Source of the DNA: an uncultured Pseudomonadota bacterium
Lineage (GTDB): Bacteria; Pseudomonadota; Gammaproteobacteria; Natronospirales; REEB76
Direction: 5' to 3'
NCBI GenBank assembly: GCA_963774895.1
Contig: CAVZGN010000001.1
Span: 450,419 to 514,418 of the forward strand
Length of the DNA stretch: 64,000 bases
The notes under the pieces were generated by a model that was not told the DNA's origin, made no database searches, and saw only the letters and a list, made by a program, of their open reading frames with translations. The position numbers and the translations under genes are program-made. Numbering within the stretch: the first letter of the stretch is position 1; the number at the start of each line of letters is the position of its first letter. Below, one piece after another: positions 55,185-64,000 of the stretch.

Positions 55185-55949
55185 CTAGCGCTTCGGCCGT
55201 GCCAGCGAGTCTGCCACCACCCAGGCGACGCCGATCAGGGCGAGAGTGGTAGCGCTCTCAGTCCAGTTCTCATGACTCCCGGGTGCGACCAGCAGCATAG
55301 GCACCCACACCAGCAGGGCGAAGGACACATACATGGCGGTCAGCAGAATCGCACCGAGGCGCGCCCACACGCCCGTGAGTATTGCCAAGCCTGCCGCCAT
55401 GTGGCCGACCCCGGTCGCATAGCCCCAGAAAACTTGCGAAGGCGGCAGCCATTTGGGAACCACCGGGGCGGTCAGGTTCATATAGACAAAATGCGCACCG
55501 CCGAATAGCAGCGCACAAACTCCGAATGCCAGTTGGCCGACGCGCGTGAGGCGCGCGGCCAGGGTCGCATCGATTTTCGCGTAGTTGGCGTAGACGATCA
55601 GCGCACCTGCTGCGATCGCGACCTGCTCGGCGAGGCTTTCGTAGGTATAGTATTTATCGTAATGGGCGAGCACCACGCGGCCGTTCATCAGGATGACGAC
55701 GATGAGCGTGTAGTAGGCGGTGAGTGCAGCGGCGCCCCAGGCTGCGGTCCGGCGCCATTCGACGGCCGCGCCCGCGACCAGCATGAACACCGCGGCGGCG
55801 TAGGCGAGCGTGGTGCGGTCGGGAAAGTTCTTGGGCACCGGCTGCCCTGGATCGAAGTTCCCGTACACCAGACAGAGAATGGCCAATGCCATCACGCCCA
55901 GGCCGTAGACGTGCCAGCCAAAGACCATCGACCTTTTTTCTGTAGTCAT
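55185..55949 (-). CDS. polytopic inner-membrane protein (DoxX-like), unknown function
   Basis: 254 aa with about 8 hydrophobic helices. High GC with consistent codon bias. Confidence 0.6.
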   Translation of the reverse strand: MTTEKRSMVFGWHVYGLGVMALAILCLVYGNFDPGQPVPKNFPDRTTLAYAAAVFMLVAGAAVEWRRTAAWGAAALTAYYTLIVVILMNGRVVLAHYDKYYTYESLAEQVAIAAGALIVYANYAKIDATLAARLTRVGQLAFGVCALLFGGAHFVYMNLTAPVVPKWLPPSQVFWGYATGVGHMAAGLAILTGVWARLGAILLTAMYVSFALLVWVPMLLVAPGSHENWTESATTLALIGVAWVVADSLARPKR

Positions 55950-56047
55950 GTTTTTTTACCTTCGATTGCGAACGCCCGACTGGGGCGATGATTGCGCTAA
56001 ACAATAGCATGCCGCCATTTTCTCAGCGGAGTCTTGCCTCCAGCGGC

Positions 56048-56656
56048 TCAAGGCCGTGGATCAATCGCCAGATCCTCCACATAAACCAGCTCGCAGGCAC
56101 CGGGGCCGGTGTCATCCCGGGTCATGGAGCTGCGCCAGCGCCAGCCGCCGGGGCGGTCCGCTTCCACCAATAGACCGTCCAATGTCACCAGATCACCCAC
56201 GCGTACGCGCTTGAGCGCGCGCGCCACCTCGTCATTGGCGGGGATCATGTGCATGTTGGCGCTGCTGGTCTCGATCTCGCGGCGCGGGATGGGGAACTCC
56301 TGCACGCTCCAGGTGTAAAAGCGCACGCCCTGATGGATGTCGATGTGGCTGAGCACCGCGCTGTCGGACATGCGCCCCCAGCCCAGGGCCAGGTCGGTGG
56401 GCGAGAGCACGGCGCCCTCATCGAACTCATAATCCTCGCGCGACAGCACGCGCGCCGTGAGCGCGAATTTCGCCAGAGGCTCCAGGGTGGCGTCCTTCAT
56501 GTGCAGCAGTGGCTGCGGCTGGTCAAGATCGGTTTGCAGCGGCGCGTCCGGCGCTATAACACCGGCGCTGTGCTCTACTGGGCGCGTGGAAAATTTGTGC
56601 AGCGCCGCCAGCGCGACCAGCACTATCGCTGCAATCCATAGGATTCGTCGCATCAT
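56048..56656 (-). CDS. hypothetical membrane-anchored periplasmic protein
   Basis: The N-terminal TM is MMRRILWIAAIVLVALAAL. 202 aa with a backbone-like GC. Confidence 0.55.
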   Translation of the reverse strand: MMRRILWIAAIVLVALAALHKFSTRPVEHSAGVIAPDAPLQTDLDQPQPLLHMKDATLEPLAKFALTARVLSREDYEFDEGAVLSPTDLALGWGRMSDSAVLSHIDIHQGVRFYTWSVQEFPIPRREIETSSANMHMIPANDEVARALKRVRVGDLVTLDGLLVEADRPGGWRWRSSMTRDDTGPGACELVYVEDLAIDPRP

Positions 56657-56713
56657 TCAAGTGCACTCGATGCTTGAGAGTTGTTTAATTCTAAAGTGAT
56701 AGCCGTCCGCGAA

Positions 56714-58204
56714 CTAGCGTCTTTCTTGTTTACCAACCAGCTTATTCAGCAGCGGGATCACGGCGCTCATCACCAGAGCGCAGACGAGCGCACCGACCCC
56801 GAGCCCCGTGAACAGCCGCATGTAGATCGGCAACGTTGTTATAGCTTCTGTAATGCCGGCGGGGATACCGGCGAGGCCGGCGATGGCGCCGCCCAGGTAG
56901 TTGCTTACGCCCATCCCCAGGAACCAGGCGCCCATGACGATGCCGCGGGAACGTTCCGGCACCAGTTGCGAGACCATGGAAAAACCCAGAGCACTGATCA
57001 AAAGTTCGCCCAGCGATTGGGCCGCGTAGCCGGCAACCAGCCACCAGGGGGATACGATGCCGGCCCGTGCCGTAAAGCCGCTGGCCGCATACAGGAAAAA
57101 CGCGGCAGCCAGAAGATATAGGCCGGCGGTGTACTTGACCGCAATGGAGAAGTCTCCACGGCGGGATTTTTGCAGGCGGTTGTAGAGCCAGGCCAATGGC
57201 AACGCCAGCAGCACCAGCCAGAACTGGTTGAGATCCTGGAACTGCGCGGGCGCCACATGTATGCCCAGCAGTGTGTGCTCCACGTTGCGCAGGGCGAACA
57301 ATGTGAGTGAGGTATAGATCTGCTGGTTATAGATGGCCCAGATGGCCGATATGCCGGTAAACACGATGCAGGCGATGATGCGTTTGCGCTCGTGTTGTTT
57401 TCCGCTGATCAAAAGGTGTGCGAATACGTAGATCATCAGAATAAAGAACAATCCGACGACGCCGAGCGCCAGGGCGCGATGGCGGATGATCTCCGAGAGC
57501 AGATAGGCGATGAGCAGCGAGGCCGCGATCACCAGTGCGAGTTTCCGCCAATTCAATTTCTCGAAATCCGGGGCCGCGCCATAGGGACGCAGGTAATGCT
57601 GGAAGGCTCCGTAGTTGAGCAATCCCAGCGTCAGGCCGATGGCGCTCAGGCCGAAGGCCAGGTGCCAGCTGTCGAAGTGCAGGGGGCCCAGCGTGATCAC
57701 CCAGCTGGTCTGGTCCTTGATCCAGGGCGTGAGCAGGATCGAGACGAACGAGCCGATATTCAGTGAGGTGTAATACAGCGTGAACAGGATGTCGAGCTTG
57801 GAATGCTGGCCCTCGTACAGCCGCGACACCAGATTGTTGGGATTGACCTTGAACAGGCCATTGCCCAGGGCGATGAGTCCCATGGCCGGGAACAGGGTCT
57901 CCGTCAGCGGGATGGACAGCAGCAGATAGCCGAGACCCAGGGTGATGGCGCCCAGCACCAGCGTGCGGCGTGCGCCGAGCACACGGTCGCCCAGGTAACC
58001 GCCCAGCATCGGCATGGAATACACCAGCGCCGAGAACGCGCCCCAGATGATGTCGGTCTGCGCATCGGCGAAGCCCAGGCGCTCCACCATGTAGAGCACC
58101 ATGAGCGAGGCCATGCCGTAGTAGCCGAAACGTTCCCAGATCTCGATGAAGAACAGGACCAGGAAGGCTTTTCGAGGATGCCGGTCGATGCTTGTTGTTG
58201 TCAT
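56714..58204 (-). CDS. POT/PTR2-family di-/tripeptide:proton symporter
   Basis: FFIEIWERFGYYGMASLMVLYM matches the ExxERFxYYG signature. The protein is a polytopic MFS. Confidence 0.85.
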   Translation of the reverse strand: MTTTSIDRHPRKAFLVLFFIEIWERFGYYGMASLMVLYMVERLGFADAQTDIIWGAFSALVYSMPMLGGYLGDRVLGARRTLVLGAITLGLGYLLLSIPLTETLFPAMGLIALGNGLFKVNPNNLVSRLYEGQHSKLDILFTLYYTSLNIGSFVSILLTPWIKDQTSWVITLGPLHFDSWHLAFGLSAIGLTLGLLNYGAFQHYLRPYGAAPDFEKLNWRKLALVIAASLLIAYLLSEIIRHRALALGVVGLFFILMIYVFAHLLISGKQHERKRIIACIVFTGISAIWAIYNQQIYTSLTLFALRNVEHTLLGIHVAPAQFQDLNQFWLVLLALPLAWLYNRLQKSRRGDFSIAVKYTAGLYLLAAAFFLYAASGFTARAGIVSPWWLVAGYAAQSLGELLISALGFSMVSQLVPERSRGIVMGAWFLGMGVSNYLGGAIAGLAGIPAGITEAITTLPIYMRLFTGLGVGALVCALVMSAVIPLLNKLVGKQERR

Positions 58205-58277
58205 CTATAATCTACCGCTGTTCACCCTTGCGCATGATATTCACAAGTACCGAGGTCGCTGCGTGAAGATCAGTAAC

Positions 58278-58964
58278 ATGAACTGGGCCCAGGTCGAAGA
58301 ATACCTGAAGAAGGATGACCGGGCGGTGCTGCCCATCGGCAGCACCGAGCAGCATGCCCAGCTGAGCCTGTGTGTGGACTATATCCTCTCCGAACGGGTG
58401 GCCGTGGAAGCCGCGGAACCCCTGCAGGTGCCGGTATTCCCCGGGGTGCCTTACGGCATCACGCCTTATTTCATGGGTTATCCGGGCACCGTCAGCCTGA
58501 GCGCGGATACCTATGTGCGGGTGATACGCGACATCCTGGACAGCCTGGCCACCCATGGATTCAAGCGCATCGTCATGGTCAACGGGCACGGTGGCAACAC
58601 GCCGGTGCAGGCCGCTCTCAAAGAATGGCTGGCTGCCCATCCGGGCGTGACGGTGAAATTCCACAACTGGTGGAATGCGCCGGCCACCTGGAAAAAGGTC
58701 ATGGAGATCGATCCGCTGGCGTCGCACGCTTCGTGGATGGAAAACTTCCCATGGACCCGGATCGCGGGCGTGGATATTCCGACAGAACAAAAGTCCATGA
58801 TCGACATCGCGCGCATCCGCTCACTGGATCCGGCTGCGGCCAGACGCCACATCGGCGACGGCAATTTCGGCGGCTACTACCAGCGTTCCGATGAGGACAT
58901 GCTGGCTGTGTGGCGCACCGGGGTCGAAGAGACGCGCCAGGTGATCACCAATGACTGGACGTGA
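58278..58964 (+). CDS. creatininase-family amidohydrolase
   Basis: ATG 58278. AVLPIGSTEQHAQLSL and IVMVNGHGGN are typical of the creatininase family. Confidence 0.75.
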   Translation: MNWAQVEEYLKKDDRAVLPIGSTEQHAQLSLCVDYILSERVAVEAAEPLQVPVFPGVPYGITPYFMGYPGTVSLSADTYVRVIRDILDSLATHGFKRIVMVNGHGGNTPVQAALKEWLAAHPGVTVKFHNWWNAPATWKKVMEIDPLASHASWMENFPWTRIAGVDIPTEQKSMIDIARIRSLDPAAARRHIGDGNFGGYYQRSDEDMLAVWRTGVEETRQVITNDWT

Positions 58965-59454
58965 TGCCTGGGTTGATATTGATCAGTGGCTGGGAATTGT
59001 CCCAATCAGGTGAACACCCCGAGCAGTGCCGCGTACACGCCGAAACCAGCGGTGATGGCGCACTCACGAGTGAAGTTGATGACTGATGTGTCATATAGGT
59101 GATATATCCTCCAGTTTTATAGTCTAAAAAATCAAAAGGTTACAGGCCGTTCTAAAAATTGTATTCAATATTGAAGCACGCGAGCGTGGCGCGCTTGAAT
59201 TTGAGATTTGTAAGTGTGACTATCTGCCCCTTGGGGGCGAATAGCTCTGGGTGCGATGACAGTTGCTCTACCTGCCATCTAAAAGAAAATAAATCCAAGC
59301 ATTCGTTGTGAGTGGCACACATCATAAATATTTTATGTCCTTATGGATGTGGTGCACATTCTCTCCCTGAAAAAATCCTGGTACTTGTTACAATAACCAG
59401 GTCCGCGCAACGCATACCAGGTGGTGTTGCCATGGCCTCAGAGGAGAAATTAAG

Positions 59455-59847
59455 ATGAAACGTTTATTTATTGCGCTACTTGGCATATTTGCCATCGTCG
59501 CCGTGACGCCGGTGTTTGCTCAAGCCAGCCCGGCAATGTCTTCGGCCAAACAAACTTCAACGCCGGTCATGCATCGTTACCTGATCCAACGCACCTTCCC
59601 AGCCGGTGCCCTCGATGGTCTCGATCTAGCGACCAAAAACAAGGTCAATGCTACCAACGCCAAGTACCACGTGAAGTGGGTCGAGTCCTACGCCACCGGC
59701 GACAAGAACATGACGTTCTGCATCTACGAAGCGCCCAACGAGCAAGCCATCCGCGATGCCGCCAAGGCTAACGGCTTACCGGTGGATCAGATCTTTGCGG
59801 TGCCGGTGACTCTGATGCCGCATAGCAAGGATGTAGTCGGTCACTGA
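59455..59847 (+). CDS. secreted DUF4242-like protein
   Basis: A ggagaaa SD and a signal peptide are present. HRYLIQRTFPAG...VKWVESYATGDKNMTFCIYEAPNEQAIRDAAKANGLPVDQI matches my memory of the DUF4242 pattern. Confidence 0.6.
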   Translation: MKRLFIALLGIFAIVAVTPVFAQASPAMSSAKQTSTPVMHRYLIQRTFPAGALDGLDLATKNKVNATNAKYHVKWVESYATGDKNMTFCIYEAPNEQAIRDAAKANGLPVDQIFAVPVTLMPHSKDVVGH

Positions 59848-60004
59848 GTGCATCAGGAACCAAAGTAACAGGATTGCAGGTTCGGCGTCGCGGCTGACCG
59901 TGGCGCCGAACCTGTTAATTCCCATGTTGCTGGTTTCAAGCACAAGCTGGTGATTACCTGTACCTGAAACGTCATCACCTGTTTCAGATATTCAATAGAC
60001 AATT

Positions 60005-60763
60005 ATGACCATGAAAACCTGGTTGTTTCTAATCGCCTGTGTCATCTGCGCCAGCGGCGCCCAGGCACAGGAGTACCCGGCCCCAATCAAGGCGCTGGTT
60101 GCCAGGGGCATCACGATCATGGGTACGATGCAGGCTCCGCCGGGTTTCAAGGGCTATGTGGGCGAGTTCAGCGGTCAACTAACGCCGGTTTACCTGCTAC
60201 CCGATGGGCAAACTGTCACTATCGGCGTGTTGTATGACGAACATGGCAAGGATCTCACCAATGCAGCTTTCCGTGCGGCCACCATGTCCAGATTGGACCC
60301 TGCCTTGTGGCAGCAGCTTGGACATGCCACCTGGATTGCCGAGGGTTCATCTAAGCCCAAGCACATCGTCTATATTTTCACTGACACCGATTGCCCGTAT
60401 TGCCATATGCTCTGGCTTGACACGCAGCCGTATCTGAAGCACGGCGATGTACAGATCCGCAATATCATTGTGGCGGTGATCGCGCCAACCAGCCTGGGGC
60501 GCGGTGCAGCCGTACTCGTAGCCAGCGATCCAGCCGCGGCTCTGCGCAGGAACGAGCTGGCGTTCGGCCACAGCCCGATCAAGCCGTTGGCATCGGTGGA
60601 CCCTAAGGTACGCGCCGAGATCCAGTCTAACGAAGCCCTAATGAACCGTGTCGAAGCCTTTGCCACACCGGCCACTGTCTATCGCGGCGTGCACGGCCAT
60701 ATCCATATGATTCTGGGTATACCTGATACGGCGACTATGCAGGCCATCTTCGGCAACAGCTAA
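60005..60763 (+). CDS. dsbG: periplasmic thiol:disulfide interchange protein (DsbG/DsbC-like)
   Basis: A signal peptide is present. There is an N-terminal dimerisation-like region, then a thioredoxin fold with IFTDTDCPYCHMLW. Confidence 0.75.
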   Translation: MTMKTWLFLIACVICASGAQAQEYPAPIKALVARGITIMGTMQAPPGFKGYVGEFSGQLTPVYLLPDGQTVTIGVLYDEHGKDLTNAAFRAATMSRLDPALWQQLGHATWIAEGSSKPKHIVYIFTDTDCPYCHMLWLDTQPYLKHGDVQIRNIIVAVIAPTSLGRGAAVLVASDPAAALRRNELAFGHSPIKPLASVDPKVRAEIQSNEALMNRVEAFATPATVYRGVHGHIHMILGIPDTATMQAIFGNS

Positions 60764-60941
60764 TGTAGGCGTGGCGATTAAACCGGCTCATGTTCGTAAA
60801 CGCTTGCCCGGGCGCAAGCTTCTGCGAAATTATTATCCCATCCAGTTATTCGGCTCTCTCCGGCGTCGCCATACCTGTAGTTAGGTAAATACCCCAATCA
60901 AGGCCGCACACACCGAAACCGGCAGTGAGGGCGATCACGAT

Positions 60942-61052
60942 GGCGACGGCAATTTCGGCGGCTATTACCAGCGTTCCGATGAAGAGATGCTGGCCGTGTG
61001 GCGTACCGGGGTCGAAGAGACGCGCCAGGTGATCGCGGATAGCTGGACGTGA
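60942..61052 (+). pseudogene. relic 3' end of a creatininase-family gene (diverged duplicate of 58854-58964)
   Basis: 111 nt align without gaps to 58854-58964 with ~11 mismatches by eye, including the TGA. No 5' part precedes it. Confidence 0.75.
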
Positions 61053-61078
61053 GTGCAAAAATCAAAGATTGATGCCAT

Positions 61079-63208
61079 TCAAGCACCGGGTTGCATAGAC
61101 GTAAGAGTGACGTAATCAACCTTGCCAGTGCCCAGCAACGGCAGTTTATCCAGGTGGCGAATATCGCGTGGCACAGCCAGCTCCGGCAGCCCGCCGCTGC
61201 GGGCAACACGCAGCAGTGCGTCGCGTGTCAGGTCTGAAGCCGTAGTAAACAACACCAGTGCCTCGCCTTTGGATGCATCTGCACGGGTGATGACTGCATG
61301 TTGGTGGTCCGGCGCAGCCCGGGTGGCGATCTGTTCCACTACTTCCAGGGAAACCATCTCACCGCCAAGTTTGGCGAAGCGTTTAGCACGCCCCTGGATG
61401 GCTATGAAACCATCGGCGTCGACAGCCACAATGTCGCCTGTGTCGTACCAGCCTGGCTCGTCCATGAACTTGGGATTTTCGAGAATGCCTGGGCGCTCAA
61501 ACCTCAGGTATCCCAGCATGAGATTCGGGCCCGAAACCACCAACCGCCCACCTGCGGCAATTCCCTCCACCGGTTCAAGCCTGCGGTGCATACCCGGCAG
61601 CAGGCGACCGACGCTACCTCTACGGTTGGCTTGCGGTACATTAACCGCGATCACAGGCGCGCACTCGGTGACACCATAGCCTTCAAGCACGCGCAGCCCG
61701 AATTTATCAACCCATAGTTGGCGAACCTCGTCGCGCAGTTTTTCTGCACCGGCCACTACGTAACGCAGCCGGCCAAAATCATATGGGTGTGCGAACTTGC
61801 CATAGTTGGCAAGAAACGTATTGGTACCAAATAGTACCGTGCAATTGCGGTCGTAGACCAATTCCGGAATAATCCGATAGTGCAGCGGTGACGGATACAG
61901 AAATGATTTGCAGCCGGCGATCAACGGCAGCATGGCACCACACGTGAACCCGAAGCTGTGAAACAGCGGCAACGCCACCAGGAACCGGTCGGTAGGCATG
62001 AAGTCGGAAATGCTCCGCACCTGTGCGATGTTCGCCAGGATGGAATTATGGGAATGCACCACGCCCTTGGGTTTGCCCTCGGAGCCGGAAGTGAACAGGA
62101 TCACCGCCGGGTCACGCGCCTCACTGCGGTGAACCGCGAGTCTAGGGAAACGAGACAGAAATAGCACCGCAAGTTTGTCGATCCAGTTCAGCTCACCCCG
62201 CAGGTCTTCAAGATAAATGAGTTCCAATCCGGTGAGACGCGCGATCGTATCGGTGAGTTTGGCTTTTTCCAAGAAGGCATGCGAAGTGACCACGCGCTTG
62301 ACTTTGGCAGCGGTGCAAGCCGCCGACATGCCGTCAGCACCTGCCGTATAGTTGAGCATGGCCGGTATGCGGCCCGTCCGCCAAAGTGATAGCACCAGAC
62401 CCAATGTCACTACCGCATTGGGCAGCAACACGCCCACCGCTTCATCGGGCTCTGTCTTGCGCGAAATCAAACGTCCCAAGCCAATGCTCATGCGCGTCAA
62501 GGCGCCGTAAGTTTCTTCCGTGAGATTGATATCCTGCAACAAGGGATAGCGGCGGCCGAACGTCGACACGCTATCGAGAAACGCGCGATATAACGTGGTG
62601 CGCGGACGGGTGGCGACCAGCATCTCCAGCAGTACATCGCGCATGGCTTCGCCGGCTTTACGGCGGCGCTCTTTGGCGGTACCGACGGTCGGCATGGGTA
62701 TGCGCGTGGGCGGCTGGATAGACAGGGTGATGCGGGGGAACAGACGGCGCGGGAACAGACCGGCCAGGCGCGAGAAATAGCTCTGTCCTGCTCCATGGAT
62801 GCGCGTGGGCACCACCGTTGCGCCGCTCTTGGCGGCTACGAACGCGCCACCGTCATAGACCTTCATGAGCGAACCGGTGTTAGTAATACGACCTTCCGGA
62901 AAGATGACCACGCGCTCTCCGGCTTCAACAGCACGTAAAGCCGCACGGATCGCCAATGGCGAGGTTGGATCCACAGCTAGATGACGGATGTGCTTCAAAA
63001 ACCACCGGAATAGCGGCTTGCGTAGCACCTGGGTGTGGACGATGAATGTGGTTTCCACCGGCAAAAACAGTGCCAGCAGCAAACCGTCCAAAAAAGATTC
63101 GTGGTTGGTAACTATCAGGACCCGTTCATCGTGCAGAGGGTGTGTATCACCCTCAACCCGTACTCGGAACACCAACTTGAGAAGGTATCGCATAATGCGT
63201 TTGAACAT
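61079..63208 (-). CDS. aas: bifunctional 2-acyl-GPE acyltransferase / acyl-ACP synthetase (Aas-like)
   Basis: 709 aa. The N-terminal PlsC-type domain has VTNHESFLDG (HxxxxD). The C-terminal AMP-binding domain shows ILFTSGSEGKPKGVVHSH and YDTGD. Confidence 0.8.
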   Translation of the reverse strand: MFKRIMRYLLKLVFRVRVEGDTHPLHDERVLIVTNHESFLDGLLLALFLPVETTFIVHTQVLRKPLFRWFLKHIRHLAVDPTSPLAIRAALRAVEAGERVVIFPEGRITNTGSLMKVYDGGAFVAAKSGATVVPTRIHGAGQSYFSRLAGLFPRRLFPRITLSIQPPTRIPMPTVGTAKERRRKAGEAMRDVLLEMLVATRPRTTLYRAFLDSVSTFGRRYPLLQDINLTEETYGALTRMSIGLGRLISRKTEPDEAVGVLLPNAVVTLGLVLSLWRTGRIPAMLNYTAGADGMSAACTAAKVKRVVTSHAFLEKAKLTDTIARLTGLELIYLEDLRGELNWIDKLAVLFLSRFPRLAVHRSEARDPAVILFTSGSEGKPKGVVHSHNSILANIAQVRSISDFMPTDRFLVALPLFHSFGFTCGAMLPLIAGCKSFLYPSPLHYRIIPELVYDRNCTVLFGTNTFLANYGKFAHPYDFGRLRYVVAGAEKLRDEVRQLWVDKFGLRVLEGYGVTECAPVIAVNVPQANRRGSVGRLLPGMHRRLEPVEGIAAGGRLVVSGPNLMLGYLRFERPGILENPKFMDEPGWYDTGDIVAVDADGFIAIQGRAKRFAKLGGEMVSLEVVEQIATRAAPDHQHAVITRADASKGEALVLFTTASDLTRDALLRVARSGGLPELAVPRDIRHLDKLPLLGTGKVDYVTLTSMQPGA

Positions 63209-63231
63209 CGGTGTTTCTCCTGCAATCTTTG

Positions 63232-64000
63232 CTAGCGACTATCGCCGCGCAATGCCGCAACACGCTCACGCAGGTCGTCCAGACTCAAGTTTGCAGCTGC
63301 GACCGGCGTACCGATGCGCAGCGTCACTTTACGGAATAAGGCCAGGTGCAATCCCAGTTTTTTCCTCCAGGGAGCGCGCGACCAGACGCTGCCCCACAGT
63401 CCGGAGACTGCCATAGGAATCACCGGCACCGGCATCTGCTCGAGAACACGCAACATACCAGGGCGAAATTCAGCCGTCTCACCGTCGGCACATATGCGTC
63501 CTTCCGGGAACACGCAAACCAGTTCGCCATCTTTAAGCGCCTGGATGATTGCCGCATACGCCTGCTCGAGCATTGCTGGATCTTCTTTACGCGAGGCGAT
63601 TGGAATTGCTTTGCTGGTACGGAATATCCAGTGTAATACTGGAAAATCGTAGATGCGGTAGTCCATCACAAACCGCATCGGCCGCCACACGCCTGCGGCG
63701 GTGACTAGTGAGTCGGCGTAGCTCACGTGGTTGCACACCACGAGAGCCGCGCCGCTGTCCGGAATGTTTTCTGTGCCCCTGACGCGGAAACGGTAAACCA
63801 GTGTGACCAGGCACCAACACAGGAACCGGTAAAGAAATTCAGGAAGCAGTGTGTAGATATAAATTGCAACACCAGCATTGACTATGGCTGCAATCAATAA
63901 CAGGGTAGGTAATTTAACCCCAGCTTCCAGCAGCAGGCCGCTGGACACGGCACCCAGCACCAGGGCAAGTGCGTTCAAAGTGTTATTGGCCGCCTGTATT
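63232..64000 (-). CDS. MFS (LplT-like) transporter fused to a PlsC-type acyltransferase, 3' part (5' end right of window)
   Basis: The frame is open to the window edge. The C-terminal acyltransferase has VCNHVSYADS (HxxxxD) and VFPEGR, preceded by TM helices. It lies upstream of aas, as in lplT-aas operons. Confidence 0.7.
   Translation of the reverse strand, partial: IQAANNTLNALALVLGAVSSGLLLEAGVKLPTLLLIAAIVNAGVAIYIYTLLPEFLYRFLCWCLVTLVYRFRVRGTENIPDSGAALVVCNHVSYADSLVTAAGVWRPMRFVMDYRIYDFPVLHWIFRTSKAIPIASRKEDPAMLEQAYAAIIQALKDGELVCVFPEGRICADGETAEFRPGMLRVLEQMPVPVIPMAVSGLWGSVWSRAPWRKKLGLHLALFRKVTLRIGTPVAAANLSLDDLRERVAALRGDSR

Noticed and set aside
60846-61058. 70-aa minus-strand ORF with a hydrophobic stretch (…IALTAGFGVCGLDWGIYL…), and a similar hydrophobic reading (…AITAGFGVYAALLGVFT) on the minus strand at about 59006-59100. 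I considered these as a small membrane toxin or peptide gene pair.
   Set aside because: The N-terminal half of the 70-aa ORF is antisense to the creatininase relic. The 59-kb copy has no in-frame start codon behind its ggagg. The similarity is better explained as a repeated non-coding segment.

Overview
This is a 64-kb chromosomal window from a proteobacterium. The backbone has visibly high GC, about 58% in one hand-counted ileS line. The conserved gene order is ispB / rplU-rpmA-obg ... rpsT / murJ-ribF-ileS-lspA-ispH / fimT-like, then fur, tRNA-Thr and ccmEFGHI. This resembles Pseudomonas-type gammaproteobacterial synteny, judged from memory with no database search. The backbone is interrupted by several AT-richer accessory segments. 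(1) 2.4-7.5 kb, next to tRNA-Pro(CGG), holds a RayT-like transposase remnant, an orphan higA, a secreted Cys/His-rich protein, a papain-like C1 peptidase, a BNR/sialidase-like lipoprotein, a pepO 3' remnant and duplicated tRNA-Pro 3' ends. (2) 10.6-24.4 kb lies between obg and rpsT. It includes two identical direct IS30-family copies bracketing 8.4 kb of cargo: an Ada-AlkA fusion, a HAF-repeat protein, a PAS-GGDEF-EAL protein and small secreted proteins. (3) 33.75-44.28 kb is a 10.5-kb island with no integrase, bounded by a 46-bp duplication of the tRNA-Thr(CGT) 3' half. (4) 49.1-51.2 kb is a low-GC wedge. (5) 58.97-60.94 kb is a 2-kb DUF4242/DsbG insertion bracketed by diverged copies of the creatininase 3' end. 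The most interesting object is the tRNA-Thr island. It carries four near-consensus sigma54 (-24/-12) promoters, and three of them are preceded by TGTC-N10-GAC(A/G) sites. These promoters drive operons for a four-member family of unrecognised ~90-110 aa proteins, three small secreted Q/P/T/A-rich proteins ending in PPP[LI], a BON protein, an EF-hand protein and ExbB-ExbD-TonB. A GlrK/QseG/GlrR-like kinase-lipoprotein-sigma54 activator triad sits at the island's right end. Together they look like a self-contained, horizontally acquired sigma54 regulon. Other notable points are a frame-disrupted ccmE right beside the island's attR, a Cyc2-like fused monoheme cytochrome-porin flanked by two soluble monoheme cytochromes c, and a ~300-bp low-GC mosaic patch inside ileS. 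No CRISPR array or rRNA was seen. All family assignments rest on motif recognition by eye, with no searches run.
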